64,000 nucleotides of DNA from Devosia sp. (GCA_051953275.1 JBQCIY010000056.1:1197-65196); one strand, 5' to 3'. Counted from the first letter of the stretch, positions 21,643 through 30,863 are shown. A program made the numbers and translations. The notes: generated by a model not told the origin, from the letters alone.

Positions 21643-23153
21643 CAGGCAGTCTCCAGCAGTTCGACAGCGAGCCGGCGGCTAACTTTGCCGGTGTCGGTCT
21701 TGGGCAGGCTGTCGCGGAAATCGATGGCCCGGGGGACCATGAAGTCTTCGAGGTTCTTGGCGCAGGCGCGGATGATCTGCGCTTCGGTCAGCGAAGGGTC
21801 GGCGCGCACGATGATGGCGCGGACGGACTGGCCGAGGATCGGATCGGGCACGCCGACCACCACCGCCTCGGCGATGCCGGGGATGGCATGGAGGACGGCC
21901 TCGACTTCCTTGGGCGCGACTTTCTCGCCGCGGGTCTTGATGATGTCGTCCTTGCGGCCGAGGAAATAGAGGAAGCCGTCGGCGTCGGCGCGGAAGAGAT
22001 CGCCGGTGAAGAGCACCTTTTCCCACGCGTGGCGGCCGGGCCGGATGCGCTCGGCAGTGGCAGTGGGGTTCTCCCAATAGCCCTGCATGACGTGCGGGCC
22101 GCGGATGACGAGCTCGCCGATGGTGCCGTGCGGCACCGGGTGGCCGGTCTCATCGGCGACGTAGGCCTCGGTGTTGGGGATGGCGATACCGACCGAGCCG
22201 GGCCGGCGGTCGAGCTCGGCGGGCGGCAGCCAGGTGCAACGCTTGCACTCGGTGAGGCCGTACATCGAATAGAGCGCGGTGCCGGGAAAGAGGTCGCGCA
22301 GCCGGCGGATATGCTCAACCGGCAGCGCGGCGGCCGTGTTGGTGATGTAGCGCAGGGTGGGGACGACGAGCGCGGAATGGTCGCGCAGCTGCAGGATCAT
22401 CGCGGCCATGGTGGGGACCAGCGGGAAGCCGGTGACCTTCTCCCGGCGCATGGTCTCGAAGATGGCGGCCGGGAAGGCGAAGCTCTTTTCGAGCACGAGC
22501 GTGGCCCCGACGCGGACGGCCATCAGGAGCTGGTAGAGGCCGTAGTCGAAGGCGAGCGGCGCGACGTTCAGGATGATGTCGTCGGCGCTGTTCTCGAGGT
22601 AGGTCGTGATCGAGTGCGAGGCCGCATCGATGTTGCGGTGCGTCATCATCACGCCCTTGGGCCGGCCAGTGGAGCCCGAGGTGTAGATGAGCATCGCGAG
22701 ATCGACGTCGATGCCACCATGGCATGCCGGCGCCGTGGGTGTGGCGAGAGCTGCCTCGAATTCGGGGGTGCCGGCGACGAGCACGGCGATATCCGTGCGG
22801 CCGGCGAGGGCCTCGGCGGTGATGCCGGCGAGCTTGCGCTGGGTCAGGATCGCGGTGGGCCGGCAGTTGCCAATGATGTAGGCGAGCTTGTCGGCCTTGG
22901 TCGAGGCGTTGATGGGCGAGAAGGTCGCCCCGGCCTTGAGCACGGCGTAGATCGCAAGCGCGGCCTCGGCGCAATTGTCCATGAAGACGAGGACGCGATC
23001 GTCGCGGGCGACGCCGAGCCCTTGCAGCTTCGCCGCGAGGGAGTCGGTCTGCGCGTCGAACCCGGCATAGGTCAGCCGCGTGCTCCCGGCGACCAGCAGG
23101 GTCTTGTCGGGGAAGCGGCGGGCAGAGTGCCGGAGAAAGGTCTCGACGCGCAT
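21642..23153 (-). CDS. Adenylate-forming enzyme (acyl-CoA/acyl-ACP ligase family)
   Basis: IYTSGSTGRPKG, MYGLTE, TGD, GRKDD, LPKTDTGK. Confidence 0.92.
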   Translation of the reverse strand: MRVETFLRHSARRFPDKTLLVAGSTRLTYAGFDAQTDSLAAKLQGLGVARDDRVLVFMDNCAEAALAIYAVLKAGATFSPINASTKADKLAYIIGNCRPTAILTQRKLAGITAEALAGRTDIAVLVAGTPEFEAALATPTAPACHGGIDVDLAMLIYTSGSTGRPKGVMMTHRNIDAASHSITTYLENSADDIILNVAPLAFDYGLYQLLMAVRVGATLVLEKSFAFPAAIFETMRREKVTGFPLVPTMAAMILQLRDHSALVVPTLRYITNTAAALPVEHIRRLRDLFPGTALYSMYGLTECKRCTWLPPAELDRRPGSVGIAIPNTEAYVADETGHPVPHGTIGELVIRGPHVMQGYWENPTATAERIRPGRHAWEKVLFTGDLFRADADGFLYFLGRKDDIIKTRGEKVAPKEVEAVLHAIPGIAEAVVVGVPDPILGQSVRAIIVRADPSLTEAQIIRACAKNLEDFMVPRAIDFRDSLPKTDTGKVSRRLAVELLETA

Positions 23154-23164
23154 GGCAGCGATCC

Positions 23165-23425
23165 TCAGGCGGCGGCCGACTGGCCGGCGTTGTTGGCGAC
23201 GTAGGCGGCGATGCGGCCGATGGAGTCGAAGTTGGCGGGGACGATGTCGGCGTCCTTGACGGTGATGCTCCAGGTCTTCTCGACGAACCCCACGAGCTCG
23301 AGAATGCCGGTCGAATCGACGATGTCGGTTTCGATCAGCGAGACGTCGTCGCCGAGGTCATGGCTGGTGTCACCGAACAGGAAGTTCTCGATGATGAAGT
23401 GACGAATGTCGTTCTGGATGATCAC
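23165..23425 (-). CDS. Acyl carrier protein
   Basis: 86-aa acidic protein with IVDSTGILEL phosphopantetheine-Ser motif; ends in NFDSI..IA.YV. Confidence 0.9.
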   Translation of the reverse strand: MIIQNDIRHFIIENFLFGDTSHDLGDDVSLIETDIVDSTGILELVGFVEKTWSITVKDADIVPANFDSIGRIAAYVANNAGQSAAA

Positions 23426-23437
23426 AGTGGTGGTTCC

Positions 23438-25360
23438 TTATGCCGCAAAGTTCAGTGCGCTCTGACGCTGGGGAAAGGCCTGGTGCCAGAGCTGGGTGGA
23501 GAGGATGCCGACAAAGGCGGCGTTGTCGCGGAAGCCGGTCATGCTGCCGCTCCGTGCCTTGCGTGCGAGCTTTTGCACGGCGACGGGATTGAACAGGCCG
23601 GTGGGCGCGGCCAGTGCCTCGTCGACCCAGGCCGCATCACGGAAACTCTGGGCATCCGGGGCGCGGTACGGCTGTTTGCTGCGGGCCGTGATGGCTTGGG
23701 GGACGAGGTCGCGCGCGACGCGCTTGAGGATGTGCTTTTCGTCGAGGCCGCGGAGCTTGATGCCGGGCGCGAGGCGCGCGGCGAATTCGACGACGCGGTG
23801 ATCGAGGAAGGGGAAGCGGCCTTCGACGGCATTGGCCATGGAGACGCGATCGCCCTGGCTCGAGAGGATATAGCCGGGAAGCAGAAGCGTGGTTTCGAGA
23901 TACTGCGCCTGGTGCAGCGGATGCCACCTGGCGAAGCGGCCCGGCAGGGTCGCGGCGAGGGCTTCGGTCGCGTCGTAGCCGGCAAGCCGGGCGCGCAGCT
24001 CCTCGGAGTAGAACAGCTTGGATTGCGCGGTCGAGCGGAAGCGTGGACGATGCGAGAACAGCGGATCGTCGAGCCGGTCGGAGCCGACGCCGAAGACGGC
24101 GCCCAGATACTCGGCCGACTGCGACTGGATGCCGGGCAGGTAGTGATAGAGCCGGCGGAAGAGATGGGCGCGGAAGGCCGATTTGGGGTCGCGGGCGACG
24201 AAGCGGCGAACGCGGGCTTCGCGGAAAATATCGTAGCCGGCAAAAACCTCGTCGGCGCCCTCGCCGGTGAGAACGACCTTGTAGCCGGCATTGCGAACAT
24301 GCGCGCTGAGACGCTGCAGCGGCGCGGGTGCGGTGCGCAGGATGGGCCGCTCGGCGGCGCGGATGGTGGCGGGGAACAGCCGGGCGATGTCGGCGCCGGA
24401 GGTTGCGACCGAGGTGTGCTCGGTGCCCAGCGCAGCGACCATCGCGGCCTGGTAGGCGCTCTCGTCATGCTCGGCGCTGTCGAAGGTCACTGAGAAGGTG
24501 CGCAGGCGGTCACCGACATGCTTGGCCGCGAGGGCGCTGATGAGCGAGGAGTCGAGGCCGCCGGAGAGGTAGGCGCCGACCGGCACGTCGGCGCGGAGGC
24601 GCATGCGGGTGGCATCGTCGAGCAGCGCCAGCAGCTCGTCGGCGATGACGTTGTCGTCGCGAGCGTCGACCGCGCCGGCATCGGGGAAGTCGAGGGACCA
24701 CCAGGCGCGGGTCGAGGCCTGGCCGTCCTCCACCACCATCAGGTGGCCGGGCGGCAGCTCGAAGATGTCCTTGAACGCGGTGCGCGGCGCGATGGGCGCC
24801 CAGAGGGTGAAGATCTGGTCGAGGGCTTCGGCATCCATTTGAGCAGCGACGCCGGGGAATTCGAGGAGGCCCTTGACCTCCGAGGCGAAGGCGATCGTGC
24901 CATCGCGCCAGGTGTAAAAGAGCGGGCGGACGCCCATGCGGTCGCGTGCGAGCGTCAGCCGGCGCCGCCGTGCGTCGTAGAAGGCGAAGGCGAAATCGCC
25001 GTTGAGGCGAGCGAGGGCGGCCTCGCCGTCACGGGTGAGGAGGCGCAGCAGAACTTCCGTGTCCGAGGCGGTGCGGAAGCGCTCGCCACGGGCGACGAGA
25101 TCGGCGCGGAGCTCGACGTAGTTGAAGATCTCGCCGTTGAAGCTGAGAGCGAAATTGCCGTCTTCGGAGAGCATCGGCTGCTGACCATCGGCGAGCCCGA
25201 CGATCGAAAGCCGGCGATGCCCGAGACCGATGTCGCCGCGCGAATAGAGTCCCATTTCATCGGGACCGCGGTGGGCGACGGACAAGGCCATCCGGCGGAG
25301 CAAGGGCTCCGCCTCGGATGGGGCAATCATCGGCCCGAAATATCCAACTACGCCGCACAT
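23438..25360 (-). CDS. asnB: Asparagine synthase (glutamine-hydrolysing)-like amidotransferase
   Basis: N-terminal MCG, HRGPD, GHRRLSI, FNGEIFNY, YLSGGLDSS, TGEGADE, RFPFLD. Confidence 0.93.
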   Translation of the reverse strand: MCGVVGYFGPMIAPSEAEPLLRRMALSVAHRGPDEMGLYSRGDIGLGHRRLSIVGLADGQQPMLSEDGNFALSFNGEIFNYVELRADLVARGERFRTASDTEVLLRLLTRDGEAALARLNGDFAFAFYDARRRRLTLARDRMGVRPLFYTWRDGTIAFASEVKGLLEFPGVAAQMDAEALDQIFTLWAPIAPRTAFKDIFELPPGHLMVVEDGQASTRAWWSLDFPDAGAVDARDDNVIADELLALLDDATRMRLRADVPVGAYLSGGLDSSLISALAAKHVGDRLRTFSVTFDSAEHDESAYQAAMVAALGTEHTSVATSGADIARLFPATIRAAERPILRTAPAPLQRLSAHVRNAGYKVVLTGEGADEVFAGYDIFREARVRRFVARDPKSAFRAHLFRRLYHYLPGIQSQSAEYLGAVFGVGSDRLDDPLFSHRPRFRSTAQSKLFYSEELRARLAGYDATEALAATLPGRFARWHPLHQAQYLETTLLLPGYILSSQGDRVSMANAVEGRFPFLDHRVVEFAARLAPGIKLRGLDEKHILKRVARDLVPQAITARSKQPYRAPDAQSFRDAAWVDEALAAPTGLFNPVAVQKLARKARSGSMTGFRDNAAFVGILSTQLWHQAFPQRQSALNFAA

Positions 25361-25586
25361 CAGGGTTGATCCGTCTGTCGAACCGACAGTGAAATGTTAA
25401 CCTGTGAGGGGAAGCACTACAGCAAAGACCCCAAGGAAACCGGGGCTTTCCGCGGACAGGCTTAAAGCGGTTGGTTAATTCGCGGCATTTGATTAGAATT
25501 GTATTTTTGTCGGGTGCGCGGACGCAGGAGTTAACCAGCATCTTGAATGAACCGCCCAGCGGACTACCCGTCTGCTACAGCGGAAC

Positions 25587-26771
25587 GTGAATAGTATGCG
25601 GCTTGAGACGATGCTCGATCGACCAGTAACCCCGGATGTGCGCGACCTGACGGTCGTGGTGCACGAGACGATCCCTGAAATCTGGCCGTCGGCTGGAGAT
25701 CCAGCCGAGGTCGCAGCGCGGCATGTGTTCCAGACGCGCGAATTCATCGAGGCGTGGATGGCGACGCGCGGTGCGCGCGCGACGGTCTCGGCCTACCTCG
25801 TGGAAATCCGCAACGGCTTCGGCGAGCCGATCCTGCTGCTGCCGCTGACCATCACGAAGCGCGGCGGCGGCCGGATCCTCGGCTTCATGGATGGGGGACT
25901 GGCCGACTACAGCGCGCCGGTGATCGTCGCCAAGGGCCTGCATTGGACGGAAGACGCGGCGCGCGCGCTGTGGGAGCTGGTGGTCGCGAAGCTGCCGCCA
26001 GTCGACCTGGTGCAGATCGAGAACATGCCGGCGATGATCGGCAACGAGCAGAACCCGCTGGCGCTGATCAGCACGGCGCCGAACCCGGAATCGACGCATG
26101 GCAGCGACCTGACGCTGCCGTGGGAGGCGCTGGAAGCGACGCAGGACCAGGTCAAGCGGCTGAAGCAGAAGTGGCGGGCGCTGGAACGGGTCGGGGCGGT
26201 GACGCTGAAGGTTGCCGAAGACGAGGCCGATGTCGAACGCATCCTCGCCAAGGTGCTGGCGCAGAAGCAGCGGCGGTTCGACGAGACCAAGGTCAACGGC
26301 TTCGACCGCGACCCCGACAAGCTGGCGTATTTCCGGCGGGCCACGACGCTGTTCCATGCCGCGGGCGCACTCGAGCTCTGCGCGTTGCAGGTGGGCGAGG
26401 AGATCGTCGCCAGTGCGTGGAACCTCAAGCAGGGCGGCGTGGTGTACGGCATCCTGATGGGCTTCGAGGCCGGGGAGTGGACGAAGTTTTCGAGCGGCCG
26501 CATCCTCAACCTGATGCTGCTCCGGCGGCTCAAGGAGGCGGGCCTGCGCTACCTCGACCACGGCATCGGCGATGAGGGCTGGAAGCTCACGTCGTGCGAT
26601 ACGCACGTGCCGCTGCGGCAGATGCTGGAGGTCCGGTCGCTGCGCGGGCGGGCGATGCTGGCCGCGAGAGGGCTCAAGCAGCAGGTGCGCGAGCTCAGGG
26701 CCTGGAAGGCGCTGCAGCCGGTGAGGTGGGCTTTGCTGCGAAAGCTCGGGCGGGGCAACCCGGCGGCCTGA
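25587..26771 (+). CDS. GNAT family acyltransferase (CelD/BcsL-like)
   Basis: LLLPL...ADYSAPV N-terminal pattern; C-terminal KFSSG.IL...YLDHGIGDEGWK. Confidence 0.75.
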   Translation: MNSMRLETMLDRPVTPDVRDLTVVVHETIPEIWPSAGDPAEVAARHVFQTREFIEAWMATRGARATVSAYLVEIRNGFGEPILLLPLTITKRGGGRILGFMDGGLADYSAPVIVAKGLHWTEDAARALWELVVAKLPPVDLVQIENMPAMIGNEQNPLALISTAPNPESTHGSDLTLPWEALEATQDQVKRLKQKWRALERVGAVTLKVAEDEADVERILAKVLAQKQRRFDETKVNGFDRDPDKLAYFRRATTLFHAAGALELCALQVGEEIVASAWNLKQGGVVYGILMGFEAGEWTKFSSGRILNLMLLRRLKEAGLRYLDHGIGDEGWKLTSCDTHVPLRQMLEVRSLRGRAMLAARGLKQQVRELRAWKALQPVRWALLRKLGRGNPAA

Positions 26772-26793
26772 AGCCGCCGGCAGCGAGGTCGGA

Positions 26794-27894
26794 TTACTGC
26801 AGACCGTCGCCGTTGAGGCGTGTCCAGTACTCGCCGACGAGACCAGTCACTACCGCCTCGCCGTTGTTGAGCGCCGCCAGGACCTCCGGGTCGCGCGCCG
26901 CCGCGAGGCAGCGCATCGGGCTCGAGAAGGTCGCGTGGCGATCCATCAGGGGTTCGAGCAATACGGGCTGGGCGCGTCCGCGCACCGCGACCGCGCCACG
27001 GCTCTTGGCATCCTGCAGGAGGCAGTCGATGACCACGGGGGCCTGATCCCTGGCAGGCAGCACGTGCAGCGTTTCGGCAATGCCGCGCGGCCGCGTGTGG
27101 TAAAGATAGGCACCGACGAGGCGGCCACCCTTGCCGCGGACGACCTGGCGAACCAAGGTCCCCAGCTCCGATTTGTGTGCGGCGTCGCGAAGTATGTGGC
27201 GAAGCCCCGCTTCGGTCCAGACGGGATGCAGCGGGACCTCGGCGACGAGCTCGGGGATGATGTCGAGCAGGACATCATCATCGACGTCCTCGACGGTCAG
27301 ACTGGCGGCGCCCTTGGGCGAGGTCAGGGCCCATTGCCCATCCTTGCCGGCGCGCGCGATCAGCCGATCGACACCCGAGGCGATCGGGAGCAGGGGCCTG
27401 GCGTAGCCGGTGCGCGCCGCGGCCTGTGCCGCCAGGTAGCCGGCGGGCTGCAGAACACGCTGCCAATCGAGACTGTAGTAGGGAAGGCTGGGGCCGCGCA
27501 GGGCGCGCCACATGGCGAGCGAGGAGGGATTGCAGCGGTCGCTCAGCGAAAGATCCTGCGGCCCCTGGATGAAGGCGCGCAGCAGGTGTGCGGCCGCCAT
27601 CATGTCCTTGGAGTTCTTCTCGACCGAGAACGAGTTGCACATTGCAAGCCGCAGCTTGCGGCCGTGGAAGGACATGTTCTGGGTCAGGACGCCGATGAAT
27701 CCGGTGACCCGATTGGTGGCGTCGACATGGACGAGCGAATTGATCTCGGGGTCGCGATCGGGACGGTCGAGAAAGAGCTGCTCGATATAGCTGACAAGCG
27801 ATGGACCGGCGGGCCGGTCGGTATGCTGAAAAGCGCTGACCAGAAGATTTGCCACGGTGGTGACATCACCACGTTCCAGAGCTCGTATCGTCAT
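26794..27894 (-). CDS. Hypothetical protein, probable GNAT-like fold
   Basis: MTIRALERGD start and SLVHVD...VTGFIGV pattern typical of GNAT N-termini. Alternative TTG start at 27915. Confidence 0.6.
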   Translation of the reverse strand: MTIRALERGDVTTVANLLVSAFQHTDRPAGPSLVSYIEQLFLDRPDRDPEINSLVHVDATNRVTGFIGVLTQNMSFHGRKLRLAMCNSFSVEKNSKDMMAAAHLLRAFIQGPQDLSLSDRCNPSSLAMWRALRGPSLPYYSLDWQRVLQPAGYLAAQAAARTGYARPLLPIASGVDRLIARAGKDGQWALTSPKGAASLTVEDVDDDVLLDIIPELVAEVPLHPVWTEAGLRHILRDAAHKSELGTLVRQVVRGKGGRLVGAYLYHTRPRGIAETLHVLPARDQAPVVIDCLLQDAKSRGAVAVRGRAQPVLLEPLMDRHATFSSPMRCLAAARDPEVLAALNNGEAVVTGLVGEYWTRLNGDGLQ

Positions 27895-27911
27895 AGCCTT
27901 GTCCTGTGGGC

Positions 27912-28577
27912 TCAAAGCCCCCGCATAGTTTCAGTCCGGGGTAAAGTTTGTGCGAAAGCGACGCGGGGCATGCCTGCGTCGCTGGTTACGAATTGTGGTT
28001 CGGCATAGTGGCGGGTGCGGGCGAGCAGGGCCTTGACCTGCCGCTCCTGGCCGACGCCGAATTCGCAGGCGAGCCAGCCTCCAGGGCGCAAGAACGGGAT
28101 GGCCTCGGCGAACAGGCGCTGATGTAGCGCAATACCGTAGGGGCCGGCATCGAAGGCCTCGCGCGGCTCGTGCTCGAGCAGGTGAGAGCTGGTCGTTTCG
28201 AGCTTGCCGGTCGAGATGTAGGGCGGGTTGCAGACGACCATGTCGACGTTGCCGAGAAGACCGAACCCGGCGAGGCCCTCGAACATGTCGCCCTGGGTGA
28301 CGATGACGCGATCGGCCAGGCCGAGGCGCCCGACGTTGTGGCGGGCGACGGCGGTCGCCTGCTCCGTGAGGTCGCTGGCATAGACCCGGACCGAGGGGTG
28401 CGCGACGGCGACGGCAATTGCGAGATTGCCGGAGCCGCAACACATGTCGACCACGATGGCAGCGCTGGAGCGCTCGACCAGCTCGATGGCCGTCGCGCCG
28501 AGCAGCTCGGTTTCATGCCGGGGAACCAGGACGCCCGGCGCGGTCTCGATTTCAACGTTCATAAAACTTTGCAGCAT
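27912..28577 (-). CDS. HemK/PrmC-like SAM-dependent N-methyltransferase lacking the N-terminal domain
   Basis: VLVPRHETELL, motif I VDMCCGSG, motif IV VCNPPYI, HEPREA. Start uncertain (28562-28616). Confidence 0.85.
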   Translation of the reverse strand: MLQSFMNVEIETAPGVLVPRHETELLGATAIELVERSSAAIVVDMCCGSGNLAIAVAVAHPSVRVYASDLTEQATAVARHNVGRLGLADRVIVTQGDMFEGLAGFGLLGNVDMVVCNPPYISTGKLETTSSHLLEHEPREAFDAGPYGIALHQRLFAEAIPFLRPGGWLACEFGVGQERQVKALLARTRHYAEPQFVTSDAGMPRVAFAQTLPRTETMRGL

Positions 28578-28650
28578 CGCGCGCCTCATGCGGATTTCCG
28601 CAGTGGTAGCGCGCAATGCGGCGCGAGCGTTGACGATTTGTTAGAGATAC

Positions 28651-28995
28651 TTAACGGCGCGGGCCGTAGCGGTTGATGAAGCCGCCGGCGAGGAGCCCGA
28701 CGGCGCCGCCGATGAGCTTCACCGCCGCATCGACGAGGCGTCCGTGGCGGCTCGGCTCGAACACCTGCAGCACTTCGAGGAGGATCGTGGTGCCGAAGAC
28801 AAGCAGCGCCACGAGCCAGATCTGGCGGGGATAGGCGAGGGCGAAGACGAAGCCGACGACCATCAGCGCGACGGCGCGCTCGACCTGCGCGGGCAGCGGC
28901 GTCACCGGCCGCCAGCCGATCGGGCCAGCGGTCACGATCACAAGGCCGAGCAGCAGGAGCCAGGCCAGGAGGCGCAGAAGCAGGGTATTGGTCAC
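28651..28995 (-). CDS. Small membrane protein, VanZ-like
   Basis: About four TM segments and LLEVLQVFEPSRHG..VDA motif; GTG start overlaps the upstream stop. Confidence 0.7.
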   Translation of the reverse strand: MTNTLLLRLLAWLLLLGLVIVTAGPIGWRPVTPLPAQVERAVALMVVGFVFALAYPRQIWLVALLVFGTTILLEVLQVFEPSRHGRLVDAAVKLIGGAVGLLAGGFINRYGPRR

Positions 28996-29984
28996 GAGGC
29001 TCTTCGGAAGCGGGGCTCGGCGACGACTGCCACGGGCGGGGCAGGCGTTTCGTGATCCTGATCGTTGGTCCACAACGCCATGTCAAGCGCCTCGCGCTGC
29101 AGCCGACGCCGCCGAAGGGCGAAGCCGATCTGGAACATGACCGCCGCAATGAAGGCGACGGCGACGACGAAGACGTTGAGCGGCGACAGCAGGTCGCCGG
29201 CGTCGTGGGCCGATATCGTGGAGGCGCCATTCGATGCGGCCGGCAGGCTGAAATAGGCATCGAGAAGCTGGTCGAGCCGGTTTTGCTCGGCATCCCGACG
29301 CGCCCCGAGTGCCGACGCGTCGGGCGCGCCCGATGCCGAAGACGCAGCGGGCGGAGCAGCGGCAGCGCCTTCGGACTGGAGCAGCCTGATCTGCGCGTCG
29401 TCGAGCCTGGCCTCGGTTTCGAGTGCAGACGCGATGCTCGCCGCCTCGGCCTTGACCTGCGCGACTAGAGCGTCCTTCTGGGCCTTGAGGGCCAGCATCA
29501 CCGGGTGGCTCGACTTGAAGCGCGCGCCCTGCTCGGCGATCTGGGACTCAAGCGCGGCCTGCTGTGCCAGAAGCTGGCCGATGACGACGCTGTCGCGAAC
29601 ATCGGCGAGAGCCCCGAGATCGGCACCGGACTTGATCGCGTCGCGGATCGCCTGGGCATGTCGCCGCGCGAGGTCGCGGCGTTCGATGGCGGCGGCAAGC
29701 TGGGCCTCGCCGGTATCGCCAGCTGGAGCGGAGCTCACGACGAGGCTGCCGCCCTTCACGTCGTCGAGGGCCTGTTGCGCCTGCCGGAGCGAGGTGCGGG
29801 CGGCCGCGATCTGCTGCTGCAGCACCTGAGCGGCGCTGGAGCCGGGCGGGATCGTGAGCGTCGCGGTGATCGACGGCGGCGCAAAGGGATGGAAGATCGC
29901 CAACAGGCCGAGGACGGCGCCGCCGGTGGCGGCCGCGATCAGCGTGCCGCGCACAAATCCGGCGATGGCGCTGCCAAAGGACAT
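28992..29984 (-). CDS. Second, short co-polymerase-like (GumC/Wzz-like) membrane protein
   Basis: Two terminal TM helices flanking an Ala/Gln-rich coiled coil with RFKSSHP.M..LKAQ. Confidence 0.6.
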   Translation of the reverse strand: MSFGSAIAGFVRGTLIAAATGGAVLGLLAIFHPFAPPSITATLTIPPGSSAAQVLQQQIAAARTSLRQAQQALDDVKGGSLVVSSAPAGDTGEAQLAAAIERRDLARRHAQAIRDAIKSGADLGALADVRDSVVIGQLLAQQAALESQIAEQGARFKSSHPVMLALKAQKDALVAQVKAEAASIASALETEARLDDAQIRLLQSEGAAAAPPAASSASGAPDASALGARRDAEQNRLDQLLDAYFSLPAASNGASTISAHDAGDLLSPLNVFVVAVAFIAAVMFQIGFALRRRRLQREALDMALWTNDQDHETPAPPVAVVAEPRFRRAS

Positions 29985-30122
29985 GCCGGACTATCGCGGC
30001 ATCACGGTAAGCATTCGGTTAAGCGCCGTCGCAGCGTGCAGCGCCGAGCGGCGGAAGTTCAGCGGATATTAACCATGACAGGCGAGACTCCGCTCAACGC
30101 GTAAATCGAGTGTGGTTGTGTC

Positions 30123-30677
30123 ATGCGTTGGTCAGCGGTTGCCCTCGCCCTGTTGATGCCCATGGTTCTCGGCGGATGCGCCATGAACCGGGTGGCGACC
30201 TATGCGGTGAGCTCGCCCACCGAATATACGCTCGACACGGGCGATATCGTGCGGGTGACCGTCTACGGCGACACCACCCTCACCAATGTCTACACCGTGA
30301 CGGACAAGGGCACGCTGAGCTTCCCGCTGATCGGACAGGTCCAGGCGCGGGGCCAGACGATAACCGGCGTCGAGAGCGCGATCACCAAGCTCCTCGCGCA
30401 CGGCTACATGATCAGCCCGAAGGTCTCGGTGGAGGTGACCACCTACCGGCCGTTCTTCATCGACGGCGCCGTGGCCAAGGGTGGCCAGTATCCCTATGTG
30501 TGGGGGATGACGGCCCGGGCCGCGATTGCGACGGCCGAGGGTTACAACAACTACGCGGACCATACGCATGTCACGATCTATCGGAAGATCAATGGCGGGA
30601 TGGCGAAGTTCAACGCGCCGCTCGATGCACCGGTGATGCCGGGCGATACGGTGGTGGTGGGCGAACGCTGGCTCTAG
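30123..30677 (+). CDS. Polysaccharide export lipoprotein (Wza/Poly_export family)
   Basis: Lipobox LGGC, YTLDTGDIVRVTVYG, FPLIGQV, YRPFFIDGAV, PGDTVVVGERW. Confidence 0.9.
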   Translation: MRWSAVALALLMPMVLGGCAMNRVATYAVSSPTEYTLDTGDIVRVTVYGDTTLTNVYTVTDKGTLSFPLIGQVQARGQTITGVESAITKLLAHGYMISPKVSVEVTTYRPFFIDGAVAKGGQYPYVWGMTARAAIATAEGYNNYADHTHVTIYRKINGGMAKFNAPLDAPVMPGDTVVVGERWL

Positions 30678-30863
30678 GGACGGCGGTTTCCCGGGAACAG
30701 CACCGGGCTCCGCCGCTTCTGCGACACAATTGCGACGTTGCAAGTCCCCGATTCAGCGTTGAATTCGCCTCGTTAGTAGCCTAACATTTCAGTGACTCGG
30801 GTGCTCTGCATCCGCTCTTTAGCCCGATCGGTCGCGGGCAACCAAACATTTCGGACTACTCCC

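Noticed and set aside
23165-25360. Lasso-peptide cluster suggested by the AsnB-like gene
   Set aside because: The AsnB keeps its N-terminal Cys glutaminase, and no precursor, B1/RRE or B2 protease gene is adjacent. The small ORF is an ACP.
30694-30720. GGAAC upstream of the ABC exporter as a possible EcfG promoter
   Set aside because: No CGTT-like -10 element at 16-17 nt spacing.
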